33,930 nt of DNA, taken from positions 1-33,930 of IMG/VR virus record IMGVR_UViG_3300025534_000198. One strand, 5' to 3'. How positions within the stretch are numbered: position 1 is the first letter of the stretch; the number at the start of each line of letters is the position of its first letter. Below are positions 9,501 through 17,994 of the stretch, in pieces. A program made the translations under genes and the position numbers. Under the pieces are notes generated by a model. It saw only the letters and a program-made list of their open reading frames with translations, searched no databases and was not told the DNA's origin. The DNA comes from a virus. Lineage: Duplodnaviria > Caudoviricetes.

Positions 9501-9807
9501 GTCTGGCAACATCGATGCGAATAACCCATTCGAGAATCTGCCCTCCGGCTGGACAGCGACACGGGACACCAACACGCAGTTCACCGTCACTCATGGGCTG
9601 GGCGCCCTGCCCGCCTTCCTGACGGTGTACGGTGAGAAATCCGGTATGTTCTCGATGAAAACCCCAATCGGCAGTCCGACGACGATGTACTCGGTTGGCA
9701 TCCCGTCAGCGAGCCAGACACCGGATACCTTCACGCTTTACGGGTTCAACGCGACCGCGACGAACAGCGGTACCCCGTCTTACGCCGTGATCTCAGTAGT
9801 CCTCTAA
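6544..9807 (+). CDS. Repeat-rich tail/head fibre protein (1087 aa)
   Basis: Gly/Thr/Ser-rich, with about five full and two partial ~60 aa repeats (VTSV..GITVTGSPITSSGT..L..SGVTAGTY..TVDA.GR.T.A), a fibre neck motif LTNVAAP...DAVNKGYLD, and a late promoter. Confidence 0.8.
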   Translation: MPTIGKGRIVAGTGTVTFKPETGVGAETAPVAAPAAAPEPNNGAIHGVTGLNVGGGVGIFAGTNGSKNVVLEFKTLVAGDGIALIEDADDITIVSTATGGGAGGAGKFTDLTDGPHHIVQNALLFGRTPTSLDFTSAPTGAGQVLSWNGTEFVWVPGGSGAVTSVALAGTNGVTITGSPITSAGTITVGLAASGVTPGTYQAATITVDAQGRITAATATSLPIGTVTSVGATSSDGTLIITGSPITGSGTLDFKLSPSGVTAGTYTNAQFVVDATGRIVSAISQPPNSGSVTNVALISDSSIAVQGSPITSSGTFTIGLTATGVTAGTYTNATITVDAQGRIVSAVSGTATGGGADDEIASLTTHLVSVKAAETGIEFNTNVAGAKTLVGQVIGSDDTDARFALDVGTAGEVALVADSETAPDVAVRIVPKGNASVYIGSETPSEAPSVIQAEGGRSLILSGGDAETGKGGDLILSGGNGPDGYGAISASGQRLTNVAAPVVETDAVNKGYLDTALASVGSGSGTVSSVAAAGIDGITVTGSPITSSGTFTIGLSATGVAAGTYNTVTVDATGRVTAASNTTYLTAEADTLATVTGRGASTPAALSITNNTASSSTSTGALTVTGGVGIGGNLNLGGNLAVTGNLVVNGTTTTVNSTTVTVDDPILTLGGDTAPSLDDNKDRGIEFRWHDSSSAKLGFFGFDDSTGHFTFIPDATNTNEVFSGTKGTIEANLLGSVTGNADTASALATARTIALTGDAAGSVSFDGSADATLAVTLASTGVSAGTYNTVVVDAKGRVTSGSNAAYLTANQNITISGDATGSGSTAITLTLANSGVTAGTYSNLVIDSKGRVTSARALNSGDITTALGFTPADAANIGTVTSVVATGSNGITVTGSPITTSGTLNVSLAASGVTPGTYSSANIVVDEYGRITSATSGSSGDPGGSGGLSSVTLTGDVTGTSDTNGNIVTTLATRVLRQYTFRVNFEASGNIDANNPFENLPSGWTATRDTNTQFTVTHGLGALPAFLTVYGEKSGMFSMKTPIGSPTTMYSVGIPSASQTPDTFTLYGFNATATNSGTPSYAVISVVL

Positions 9808-9828
9808 CCGGTTACTCTGGATAACGCC

Positions 9829-11184
9829 ATGTTCATGCCATCTCGCCTTCTCGTCGTCACGACCACTAATATCGAGCAAACTGATTTCTGGCAGGAGGCC
9901 CTCGGCGATGGCGACCCTTGGGTCGGCTATCCCTTCCGCTGGCGCGTCACCTGCGACGTGACGCCGCAGCAGCATTCCTCCCCATTCACGCGTCAGCCGT
10001 ACTATTATGATGGTATGGATATCCGTGTCGGCGACTGGATTGCCGATGTGGCAACTGGCCGTGCGGTGCAGGTGATCACCATCGAAAGCCAGTCTCCCAC
10101 CAGCGCGACCGTTATTGTCGAGGACGTGGATCGCTACAATACCTACTCCGATCCGACCGGACAAGGAGTAGGCATCGGTCCGCTGGGAACTGCCTTCCTG
10201 TTCACGCTTGGGGATGATGGTCTGCCAATCCTGTCGCCGATGACCGTCAGCGCGACCGCCTTGCAGGCAAACCTTGCATGGCAGCTTGACCAGATCAGCC
10301 GCTTCCGGCATCGCAACATGCTGCGGAGCTACTACCGCGTGAACCAGCCCGGTCATGAATTTGTGGTCGGGGACGCGATCCGTCTCAACAATGATGGCCT
10401 GTACAGCAAGGTTGATCCGACCAGCGGTTCCGTCCTCGGGACGGTCGGTACCGTCAACAGCGTTGGCGTGCCCGGCGCCGCGTGGTTCACCTATCGCCCG
10501 GTCGGGCAGGTGGTGACGAATATTGCGCCGTCCCTGCCCGGCGCGCCCGGCGACCTGATCTATCTCGCCGCCGATGGCAGCTACACGACCGCCAGACCGA
10601 CCCGGTGGGCGCGCCCCATCTACATCCGCCTTGAGACGCCGGACACCGGCATCCTGATCGACCGTGGCGTCGATACGGCGGGTTCCTTGGGCTACACCAC
10701 GAATGTCTATGTGGTTCCGAATGACGAGCTTTCGGACCTCGAAGGCAAGGTCAATCCCGGCGATCAGGTCCATGTCGAGGATGCGGGCAACGGCGAGTGG
10801 AAGCATCTCATCCGCCACAGCGACGACACATGGCACCTGCTGGTCACCGAGGACGCCTCCGACACCGATGCGGAGACCCTGAGCATCGAAGTGGATACGG
10901 CCTCCGACGAAGCCAATCCCATCGGAACCGTCAGCGCCGGGGGACGCGTGACCTCGGTGGTGGTCCGCGTCCTTGAACCCTTCGATGGCAACGCGACGCT
11001 GAGCGTCGGGACCAGCACAAACCCCGGCGAACTGATGGGTAACGAACAGGTGGACCTCACGGTGGTCGGGACCTACACGACCAACCCAGTCTGCCAGTTC
11101 ACCACGGAGACCGACGTGTTGGCCTTCGTCGATGCCGCCGGGTCCTCGGGCGGCAGGGCGAAAGTGACCATCACCTACACCTGA
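9829..11184 (+). CDS. Putative virion structural protein (451 aa)
   Basis: Lies within the late block; its C-terminal ~90 aa beta domain resembles the C-terminus of the 11312-13771 protein. Confidence 0.75.
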   Translation: MFMPSRLLVVTTTNIEQTDFWQEALGDGDPWVGYPFRWRVTCDVTPQQHSSPFTRQPYYYDGMDIRVGDWIADVATGRAVQVITIESQSPTSATVIVEDVDRYNTYSDPTGQGVGIGPLGTAFLFTLGDDGLPILSPMTVSATALQANLAWQLDQISRFRHRNMLRSYYRVNQPGHEFVVGDAIRLNNDGLYSKVDPTSGSVLGTVGTVNSVGVPGAAWFTYRPVGQVVTNIAPSLPGAPGDLIYLAADGSYTTARPTRWARPIYIRLETPDTGILIDRGVDTAGSLGYTTNVYVVPNDELSDLEGKVNPGDQVHVEDAGNGEWKHLIRHSDDTWHLLVTEDASDTDAETLSIEVDTASDEANPIGTVSAGGRVTSVVVRVLEPFDGNATLSVGTSTNPGELMGNEQVDLTVVGTYTTNPVCQFTTETDVLAFVDAAGSSGGRAKVTITYT

Positions 11185-11232
11185 AATCGCCCGCAAGCCA
11201 TTCTGTCAGCATAGCTTGGAATGTGATCCATT

Positions 11233-11239
11233 CTAAATA
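11233..11239 (+). promoter_or_regulatory. T4-like late promoter CTAAATA
   Basis: Intergenic; followed by a leader hairpin (GGGAG..CTTCGG..CTCCC, 11251-11273) and an AAGGA RBS. Confidence 0.7.
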
Positions 11240-11311
11240 TGCGCGCAATCGGGAGCGGCGCTTCGGCCCTCCCGGTTGACATTTTCAGAATCCATTTTCG
11301 GAGAAGGACGA

Positions 11312-13771
11312 ATGGCGAATATCAAGAATTTCGGCCTCGTCGGTATTGGTTCGAATGTCCAGTTCGGCAAGGGTGGGTCTCAGATCGTCTCTGCCGGTGG
11401 CGCGTTTGCGGCCAAGTCGAGCGATGGCAATGCGTTCGTGCGCTTTCAGGTCGCCACGCCGACTGACGCTGCCGACGCCGCGACCAAGGCTTTCGTGGAC
11501 AGCGCGGTAGGGGACGTTCAGGACGCGGTCGATGCGGTGCGGACCGGTGCTGGCCTCGGCGAGGACGGTTCCTACACCGCGAATGCCACGGCGACCTACA
11601 TTTCCGCTGCGGTGTCCCTCAAGGACGCGGATGACAAGCTCGACGCCGCCATCGCTGCGGTCCAGTCCGAGCTTAACGCTACCCAGACCGGTGCTGGTCT
11701 GAATGCGGATGGCAGCTATACCGCTGGCTCGCAGAACTACATCACCGCCGCCACCTCTCTGGCGAACGCACTGGCGCTGCTCGACGCCGCCCTCAAGGCG
11801 GAGGAGAACCGCGCGAAGGCCGCCGAAGGCGCGATCCAGACCGGTGCTGGCCTCAGCGAGACCGGCGCCTATGAGGCGAATGAGGAGGCCAACTACATCG
11901 CGGATGCGGTCTCGCTCAAGGACGCCGATGAGAAGCTCGATGCCGCCATCAAGGGTGTTGCGGACGATCTGGCCGCCGTCGAGGGCTCGTACATCAAGAA
12001 GGACGGTTCGGTTGCCTTTACCGGCGACATCAATGCGGGTTCCCACAAGTTGACGAACCTCGCCACGCCGACCGACGCTGCCGACGCCGCGACCAAGGGC
12101 TATGTGGATAGCAAGGTTCAGACCCTCGGCAATGCCTTCAACTATGTCGGCACCGTTGCGGGTGGCACCGAGGAATCCCCCACCGACCTCTCCGAACTCA
12201 CCGAGAAGGACTCGGGCGATTACTACAAGGTGGAGACCTCCGGTTACTTCACCTATGACGGTCTCGCGGAGCCGTTCTTCGCCAGTGCAGGCGATGGTCT
12301 GGTGAAGAATATCACCGCCGATGGCTGGGACAAGATCGACAACACGGACAGTAATGTGGCCGGTACGACCGGCTTCATCGCGGTCACCGGGTCGGCCGAT
12401 ACCGGTTTCACCGTTGACATCGATTCGGCGTTCAAGACCCGCGTTTCCGACGTGGAGACCGATCTGGGCGACCTTGCCGTTGAGGTTGATGCCGTCGAGA
12501 CGGCGGTTGGCCTGAACGCCGACGGTACCAAGGGTAACTACTCCACCACGAACTACATCGCCAATGCGGACAGCATCCTGACCGCCGTCGGCAAGCTCGA
12601 CGCCGCCCTCAAGGCGGAGGAGAACCGCGCGAAGGCCGCCGAAGGCGCGATCCAGACCGGTGCTGGCCTCAGCGAGACCGGCGCCTATGAGGCGAATGAG
12701 GAGACCAACTATATCGCGGATGCGGTCTCGCTCAAGGACGCCGATGAGAAGCTCGATGCCGCCATCAAGGCTGTTGCCGATGACCTTGCCAATCTGTCGC
12801 AGGACGAGATTCGCAATGGAGACAACACGGTCTCTGTGAAGGCGGCGGACACCGGCATCGAGTTCAGCGTCGATGTTGATGGCAAGACGAAGGTCGGTGA
12901 GATCGTCGGTGGCGAGGACACGGACAGCGCCTTCAAGATCGACGTTGGGACCGCTGGAGAAGTTCGCCTTGAGGCCGCTTCCAGCAGCGCGACCGACGTT
13001 GACATCCGCCTCGTGCCGCAGGGTTCGGGCCATGTCTACATCGGCGAGACCGGCGCTGGCATCATGCAGGCTGAGGACGGCTTCGACCTCACCATCGCGG
13101 GCGGTGACGCTGCTGACGGTGCTGCCGGTGACCTGATCCTGCGCGGCGGTAATGGCGAGACGCAGGGCAAGGTCCGGATCACCGACGGTGCTGGCTCCGA
13201 TGTCATGACCTTCGAGGGCACCGCCTCGGCCACTTCGTACGTCAAGGCGACCAATGGCAGCGGCTCCGCCACCCTCGGCGTCGAGGGCTCGGCGACGAAT
13301 GCCGACCTCGTGCTCGTCCCGAAGGGCACCGGTAATGTCTCGGTCTCCAACGCCCGCGTCGTCAATGTAGCCACTCCGACCGCAAGCTCCGATGCGGCGA
13401 CCAAGGGCTATGTTGATACGTCTGTTGCCACGGCGATCTCCGGTGCGCTGCTGACCCGCGTGGCGCAGGTCACCGAGCAGACCGGCACCGTGAACCTCGG
13501 TCAGGTCATGACCGGCACCGTGGTTCGCGTCCGCGTCGTCGTCACCAATGCCTTCTCGGCCGGTGCGAAGATCACCGTCGGCCGCGATGGCACGGAGGAT
13601 GACCTCGCCGAACTCGCCGATGACAGCATGATCGACGAGAGCACCATGGGCGTCTACACCATCGACGTAGCCAAGACCTACACCGCGACCCAGCTTGTGG
13701 TTTCCGTCACCGCTGGTTCCGGTACCGAGGGTGCGGCGCAGGTTATCGTCGAGTACGTCAACGCCGTCTGA
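11312..13771 (+). CDS. Acidic repeat-rich virion fibre/decoration protein (819 aa)
   Basis: Start MANIKNFGLVGIG after the RBS; three ATPT..DAATK.(Y/F)VD neck motifs; repeated GAGL..G.Y....YI..A.SLKDAD.KLDAAI units; own late promoter and terminator. Confidence 0.8.
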   Translation: MANIKNFGLVGIGSNVQFGKGGSQIVSAGGAFAAKSSDGNAFVRFQVATPTDAADAATKAFVDSAVGDVQDAVDAVRTGAGLGEDGSYTANATATYISAAVSLKDADDKLDAAIAAVQSELNATQTGAGLNADGSYTAGSQNYITAATSLANALALLDAALKAEENRAKAAEGAIQTGAGLSETGAYEANEEANYIADAVSLKDADEKLDAAIKGVADDLAAVEGSYIKKDGSVAFTGDINAGSHKLTNLATPTDAADAATKGYVDSKVQTLGNAFNYVGTVAGGTEESPTDLSELTEKDSGDYYKVETSGYFTYDGLAEPFFASAGDGLVKNITADGWDKIDNTDSNVAGTTGFIAVTGSADTGFTVDIDSAFKTRVSDVETDLGDLAVEVDAVETAVGLNADGTKGNYSTTNYIANADSILTAVGKLDAALKAEENRAKAAEGAIQTGAGLSETGAYEANEETNYIADAVSLKDADEKLDAAIKAVADDLANLSQDEIRNGDNTVSVKAADTGIEFSVDVDGKTKVGEIVGGEDTDSAFKIDVGTAGEVRLEAASSSATDVDIRLVPQGSGHVYIGETGAGIMQAEDGFDLTIAGGDAADGAAGDLILRGGNGETQGKVRITDGAGSDVMTFEGTASATSYVKATNGSGSATLGVEGSATNADLVLVPKGTGNVSVSNARVVNVATPTASSDAATKGYVDTSVATAISGALLTRVAQVTEQTGTVNLGQVMTGTVVRVRVVVTNAFSAGAKITVGRDGTEDDLAELADDSMIDESTMGVYTIDVAKTYTATQLVVSVTAGSGTEGAAQVIVEYVNAV
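11451..11489 (+). repeat. 39 bp direct repeat (second copy at 12060-12098) encoding ATPTDAADAATK
   Basis: TCGCCACGCCGAC(T/C)GACGCTGCCGACGCCGCGACCAAGG, one mismatch. Confidence 0.85.
11779..11954 (+). repeat. 176 bp intragenic direct repeat, copy 1
   Basis: Matches 12595-12770 with 2 mismatches; offset 816 nt (272 codons). Confidence 0.9.
12595..12770 (+). repeat. 176 bp intragenic direct repeat, copy 2
   Basis: Matches 11779-11954; the differences are GAGGCC/GAGACC and TACATC/TATATC. Confidence 0.9.
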
Positions 13772-13814
13772 ACCTGAGTATGGAGGGGACCACCCCTCTA
13801 TTCTCGATACCATG

Positions 13815-13850
13815 GGGCGTCGGGCTCAGGCCCGGCGCCCTTCTTCTTTT
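13815..13850 (+). terminator. Rho-independent terminator
   Basis: GGGCGTCGGGC-TCAG-GCCCGGCGCCC stem followed by TTCTTCTTTT. Confidence 0.8.
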
Positions 13851-13857
13851 CAGCCAG

Positions 13858-13864
13858 CTAAATA
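13858..13864 (+). promoter_or_regulatory. T4-like late promoter CTAAATA
   Basis: Immediately after the terminator and 29 nt before ATG 13894. Confidence 0.7.
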
Positions 13865-13893
13865 GTTCAGTTCCCTGTTCGGTATTTGCAGAG

Positions 13894-14601
13894 ATGGCCA
13901 AAATTGTTGACGTTCGCGGTTCGGGTGGCGAGTTCGTCGTCCTCGGCGACGCACTGACCCTCCCGTCGTCGGACGCGGACAATCCCTCGATCTTGCCCGG
14001 CTCGATCCGCTATAATCCTGCCTCGGGCGCGCTTGAGGCGCGGTTTTCGCGCAATGGCGGACCCGCTGCGTGGGAGGCCCTTGCCACGACCGCGAGCATC
14101 GAGAGCAGCTACCTGCCGCTCGTCGGCGGCACCTTGACCGGCACCCTGACGGTGCAGGCCGACATCATCTCCACCGGCACCGTAAAGGCGGCCATGTTCG
14201 ATGGCCTCGCGGTCAGCGCCATCTATGGGGCAGACCTTGCCGAGCGTTACCACGCCGATGCCATCTATGAGCCGGGCACCGTATTGGTCGTGGGTGGCTG
14301 CAAGGAGGTCACGGCCTGCACCAGCATCGCCGATACGGCGGTCGCGGGGATCGTCTCCACCAGCCCGGCATACACGATGAATGTAGGCGCCGGAGGCGAT
14401 GACACCCACCCCTTCGTGGCGCTCCGGGGCCGCGTCCCCTGCAAAGTCGTTGGGCCGGTCCGCAAGGGCCAGATGCTCGTCACGAGTGCCATCGCCGGGC
14501 ACGCCATGGCCGCGCCGCCGGATGCCCACCCGCGCGCCGTGGTCGGCATCGCCCTCGCGGATTTCTCCGGGGAAATCGGTTTGGTTGAGGTACTTGTGTG
14601 A
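13894..14601 (+). CDS. Short fibre protein with peptidase G2-like intramolecular chaperone/autocleavage C-terminal domain
   Basis: GSIRYN and YLPLVGGTLTG fibre motifs, then ADLAERYHAD..YEPGTVL...VAGIVSTSPAY.MN...VALRGRVPCKV.GPV.KG. Start moved to 13894 because of the promoter and terminator positions. Confidence 0.75.
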   Translation: MAKIVDVRGSGGEFVVLGDALTLPSSDADNPSILPGSIRYNPASGALEARFSRNGGPAAWEALATTASIESSYLPLVGGTLTGTLTVQADIISTGTVKAAMFDGLAVSAIYGADLAERYHADAIYEPGTVLVVGGCKEVTACTSIADTAVAGIVSTSPAYTMNVGAGGDDTHPFVALRGRVPCKVVGPVRKGQMLVTSAIAGHAMAAPPDAHPRAVVGIALADFSGEIGLVEVLV

Positions 14602-15233
14602 TGGATCGCCCGGTTTCGATTCCCCGCTACATCAAGCTCTCGGTCGCCGCGCCGCTGGACAAGGGGACCGCCCGGTCATGGCTCGCCTGCGTCCGGGCCA
14701 ATGCGCCATCGGGTACCGTCGCCACCGTGCAGATCGTCGATCCCGGAGGGGCGTCTCGGGCCGTTGCCATGGTCCACCGCGAGAGCGAGGACAGGCACGC
14801 CTATCTCATCCCCCTCACCCGCGACCTGTCGGACGAGGAAACCCGCGTCATCGTCGAGGCTTTCGCCACCGAGCACCCGGACCTCGACTTCGATGTCGAA
14901 ACAAACGAGACAGTTCTTGTGCCACGCGACCGGCAGGCCATCCAACTCGACGCCGACCGCCATCTGGCCCTCTGCATGGCCCTCGCCAAGCAAAGGCACG
15001 AGGACTGGGTCCGCGAACGGACGGATGCCGGATGGCGCTATGGCCCGACATTCAGCCTCCGCGACCGGACGCATCCCCTGCTGCGGCCGTGGGACCAGAT
15101 TCCGGACCGGTACCGCGCCCCTGACCTCACATGGCCGCAGAAGCTCGTGGACCTGCTGAACGATCAGGGCTACGCGATCCTGTCCAAGGAGGACCTTGAG
15201 CGCCTGATTGGCGCTCTCCGGGGCGCCGTCTGA
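14601..15233 (+). CDS. RyR-domain-containing protein
   Basis: LAKQRHEDWVRERTDAGWRYG...THPLLRPWDQIP matches the RyR repeat pattern (H..W.....GW.YG...HP.L.P(Y/W)..L); coupled to the upstream stop (TGATG). Confidence 0.75.
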   Translation: MDRPVSIPRYIKLSVAAPLDKGTARSWLACVRANAPSGTVATVQIVDPGGASRAVAMVHRESEDRHAYLIPLTRDLSDEETRVIVEAFATEHPDLDFDVETNETVLVPRDRQAIQLDADRHLALCMALAKQRHEDWVRERTDAGWRYGPTFSLRDRTHPLLRPWDQIPDRYRAPDLTWPQKLVDLLNDQGYAILSKEDLERLIGALRGAV

Positions 15234-15240
15234 GCCGGGC

Positions 15241-15609
15241 TCAGGTCAGCGTGGTCGGGTCGTAGCTGAGCTTCCGGACCCGGTTCGCGGCCTCTGGATT
15301 CTCGTATTCCCCGCGCCAGTAGGCGTCGATGAGTCGCTCATTGGCGACGGTCCACAGCCAGAGCGCCTCGATGAAGCGCGGCGGGATGTCCCGTTCCCCC
15401 TCGCCCTCCAAGCGCAGGATCAGCGCGCCAAGCCGCCGGTCCAGCCGAAAGGCGGTGATGCGGGCCGGGTCATATTGGCCGTCCGGTGTCGTCTCCACCA
15501 CCGGCTCACCATCATCGCGCTGCCGGTGCAGCCATACGGCGAAGGGAAGCCCGGTGATCATCGGGGACAATCCCAGCTTCCTGCCCCTTGGCGCCGTTAC
15601 ATCGGCCAT
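15241..15609 (-). CDS. Hypothetical protein (122 aa)
   Basis: GAGG RBS on the minus strand; fills the gap between convergent and divergent genes. Confidence 0.65.
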   Translation of the reverse strand: MADVTAPRGRKLGLSPMITGLPFAVWLHRQRDDGEPVVETTPDGQYDPARITAFRLDRRLGALILRLEGEGERDIPPRFIEALWLWTVANERLIDAYWRGEYENPEAANRVRKLSYDPTTLT

Positions 15610-15767
15610 CAGACAGTATCAACCTCGTTCAGTGTTCAACACAATATAGGCCATTACCGGGGGCCTTTCAAGGTGGTTCGAGCACCGCATTACCCGGTAC
15701 GCGCCTCTGGACAATCCGCTGCACCTGATATATGTGGTCACCAAAGCCACTTTTAGAAGGTCACTCT

Positions 15768-17132
15768 ATGAACGTCGTTGATGTGGTCCGGCGCCTTGCC
15801 GCGACGAACAGTCGCATCGAGAAAGAGCAAATTCTGATCGAGGCGTATGCCAGCGGGCACCGCGAATTCTTTATCGGGGCACAACTCGCCTGTGATGTGC
15901 TCACAACCTTCGGGGTCCGCAAGGTCGCCGAAATCCTCGACGCGGACGATGCCCCCGGAACCTTCACCTTCGAGGATTTCCTCGCGCTGGCCGACAAGCT
16001 CCGGCGCCGGGAACTGACCGGCAACGCAGCCCGCGATGCCATCCATGCGGCGGCCGAAGCCTGCCATGCCCCGACATGGAACGAGTTCTATCGCCGTGTC
16101 CTGCTGAAAGACCTCAAGGTCGGCTGCGACGAGAGCACCATCAACAAGGTGCTCGGCAAGATGAAGGGCGACCCGGAGGCCGCCAAGCTGATGGTCCCGG
16201 TCTGGTCCTGCCAGCTTGCCCATGACGGCGAGAAGCCCGAGCACAAGAAGAAGATCAAGGGCCGCAAGCTCCTCGACATCAAGCTCGATGGCGTGCGGCT
16301 GCTGGCGGCGCTCGACAAGGAGGCCGGGACGGTCACCCTCTACACGCGGAACGGCAAGATCAACGAGAACTTCCCGCATATCAACGAAGGGCTCGCCAAG
16401 CTGATGGCCGAACTGCCGGGTTCGGTGATGCTCGACGGCGAAGTGGTGGGCGCGAGCTTCTGGGAACTGATGACGCAGGTGAACCGCAAGGAGAAGGTGA
16501 ATACCGCCGACGCCAAGCTGGCCCTGTTCGACATCATTCCGCTGGACGATTTCCGCAAGGGCATCTGCCACACGCCGCAGGAGGACCGGCACGCCGTGCT
16601 CGCCGAGATGGAGCGCGCGGGCATGTTCCAGTCCGCCACGGGCGGCTCGGTCTATGTGATCCCAAAGGTCGCGGTCGATCTCGACACCGAGGAAGGCCGC
16701 AAGGCGATGGCCGAGTTCAATTCGCAGGCCATCGCGGCGGGCTATGAGGGGGTTATGGTCAAGGACCCCCGCGCCCCCTACGAGACCAAGCGCAGCGCGG
16801 CGTGGCTCAAGATCAAGCCGTTCCTCACTGTGGACCTGCGCGTGGTCGGCATGGAGGAGGGCGAGGCCGACAGCAAGTATCGCGGGATGTTAGGCGCTCT
16901 CGTCTGCGAAGGTGAGGACGACGGGCGTTTCATCCGGGTCAACGTCGGTTCGGGGTTGACCGACGAGCAGCGCGTTCAGTTCTGGAATGAGCGCGAGAAG
17001 ATCATCGGGCAGATCGTAGAGATCAAGGCCGACATCATCACGCAGGCCGCAGGCGAGGATACGTTTAGCCTCCGCTTCCCGCGCTTCCTGCGCTTCCGTA
17101 GCTTGGATGGCACCCCCGGCACGAAGGACTGA
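15768..17132 (+). CDS. lig: ATP-dependent DNA ligase
   Basis: Motif I KLDGVR, motif III MLDGEV, LFDII, motif IV EGVMVK, motif V WLKIK, OB-fold with VGSG and motif VI LRFPRF. AAGG RBS supports start 15768. Confidence 0.95.
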   Translation: MNVVDVVRRLAATNSRIEKEQILIEAYASGHREFFIGAQLACDVLTTFGVRKVAEILDADDAPGTFTFEDFLALADKLRRRELTGNAARDAIHAAAEACHAPTWNEFYRRVLLKDLKVGCDESTINKVLGKMKGDPEAAKLMVPVWSCQLAHDGEKPEHKKKIKGRKLLDIKLDGVRLLAALDKEAGTVTLYTRNGKINENFPHINEGLAKLMAELPGSVMLDGEVVGASFWELMTQVNRKEKVNTADAKLALFDIIPLDDFRKGICHTPQEDRHAVLAEMERAGMFQSATGGSVYVIPKVAVDLDTEEGRKAMAEFNSQAIAAGYEGVMVKDPRAPYETKRSAAWLKIKPFLTVDLRVVGMEEGEADSKYRGMLGALVCEGEDDGRFIRVNVGSGLTDEQRVQFWNEREKIIGQIVEIKADIITQAAGEDTFSLRFPRFLRFRSLDGTPGTKD

Positions 17133-17918
17133 ATGTCGGCGCAGCAGCGTTTCGAGGTCGATTGAGCAGCGGCTATACTTGCTGCGGTTCAATCGCCTCG
17201 GCAGCAGCATCAAGTTGGCAGGGCTTGCGATAATCTCGGCGGGAACACCGAGGCGAAACCCTGCCACCTTCGAGAACATGTGGTCTACGTCGAACTCTCC
17301 CGTCTCGAAAAGATTCTCAGGGTCGATCCACCACGAAAAATCTTGAAAGCTCCTGCGAGTAAGTCGCCGAACTAGAGTCATATAAGCGTCGAACTCAGGT
17401 TTGTCCTTCAACAGGGTGATCAACCCCTGTTCCGCACGCTTGGCAAGGTTGAGGGGCACCACGAGTTCGTTCACGACCCGCAGACGTTCACGTCGTCGCA
17501 CGGGGTCTTTCCATTGCGCCCGAATCGACGCATAGAACGTCTGGCTCGATTTCATGCCATTGCTGATGCGCTCACGGGCTTCGTCGGACCAATTCTTGCC
17601 CCAGTTCCAATGTTTTTCTCCCGTGCGCGATTTCGCGGCTTTCTTCATACCTTCGCGGAAACGCTCGGTGAGTACATAAGGGCCGCGTTTCTTGCCGGTC
17701 GTCGAGGCAGATTTCTCCGCCCTCAAGTCGTCTGACCAAGGGTTTTCGATACCATGCGCTGCGCAGAATTCTTTGAAAGTAGCAAACTCTGGGTGCTTGT
17801 GACGAACGTGTGTGTTCGTGATCTGACGCATATGCTTCCCACATGCAGGACATTTGATCGACAACTCGAACCTCTCCATGTTATCAATGCAGACGGCGGG
17901 ACAGCTTGGTATCTCCAT
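16890..17918 (-). mobile_element. Free-standing NUMOD3/HNH-type homing endonuclease gene
   Basis: CPACG...H...H zinc finger, NUMOD3-like GEKHWNWGKNWSDEARERIS, and HNH-like VDHMFS...NL......N..K. Lower GC than the flanks, opposite strand, own TATAAATA promoter. Start at 17918 or 17879. Confidence 0.75.
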
Positions 17919-17959
17919 GCCGAGTTTCCCGAGAGGACCAATCTCGGGATCACCGCCCT

Positions 17960-17967
17960 TATTTATA
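17960..17967 (-). promoter_or_regulatory. Perfect T4 late promoter TATAAATA driving the endonuclease
   Basis: Plus-strand TATTTATA at 17960-17967. Confidence 0.7.
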
Positions 17968-17994
17968 GACACCATTTCGAGTTAGTAAAATGGC

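Noticed and set aside
6544-9807. Periodic repeats as a CRISPR array or non-coding repeat
   Set aside because: They are degenerate, in-frame peptide repeats with synonymous variation and no repeat-spacer structure.
11779-12770. 176 bp repeat pair as a diversity-generating retroelement TR/VR
   Set aside because: Only two mismatches, one of them C/T rather than adenine-specific; both copies are mid-gene and in frame; no reverse transcriptase in the window.
11285-13813. Long antisense ORFs (842 aa here; also 2064-3683, 7204-8610, 9793-11196, 25950-26957, 27354-28457, 28788-30290)
   Set aside because: They mirror well-supported plus-strand genes, as expected from high-GC codon bias, and have no motifs or RBS.
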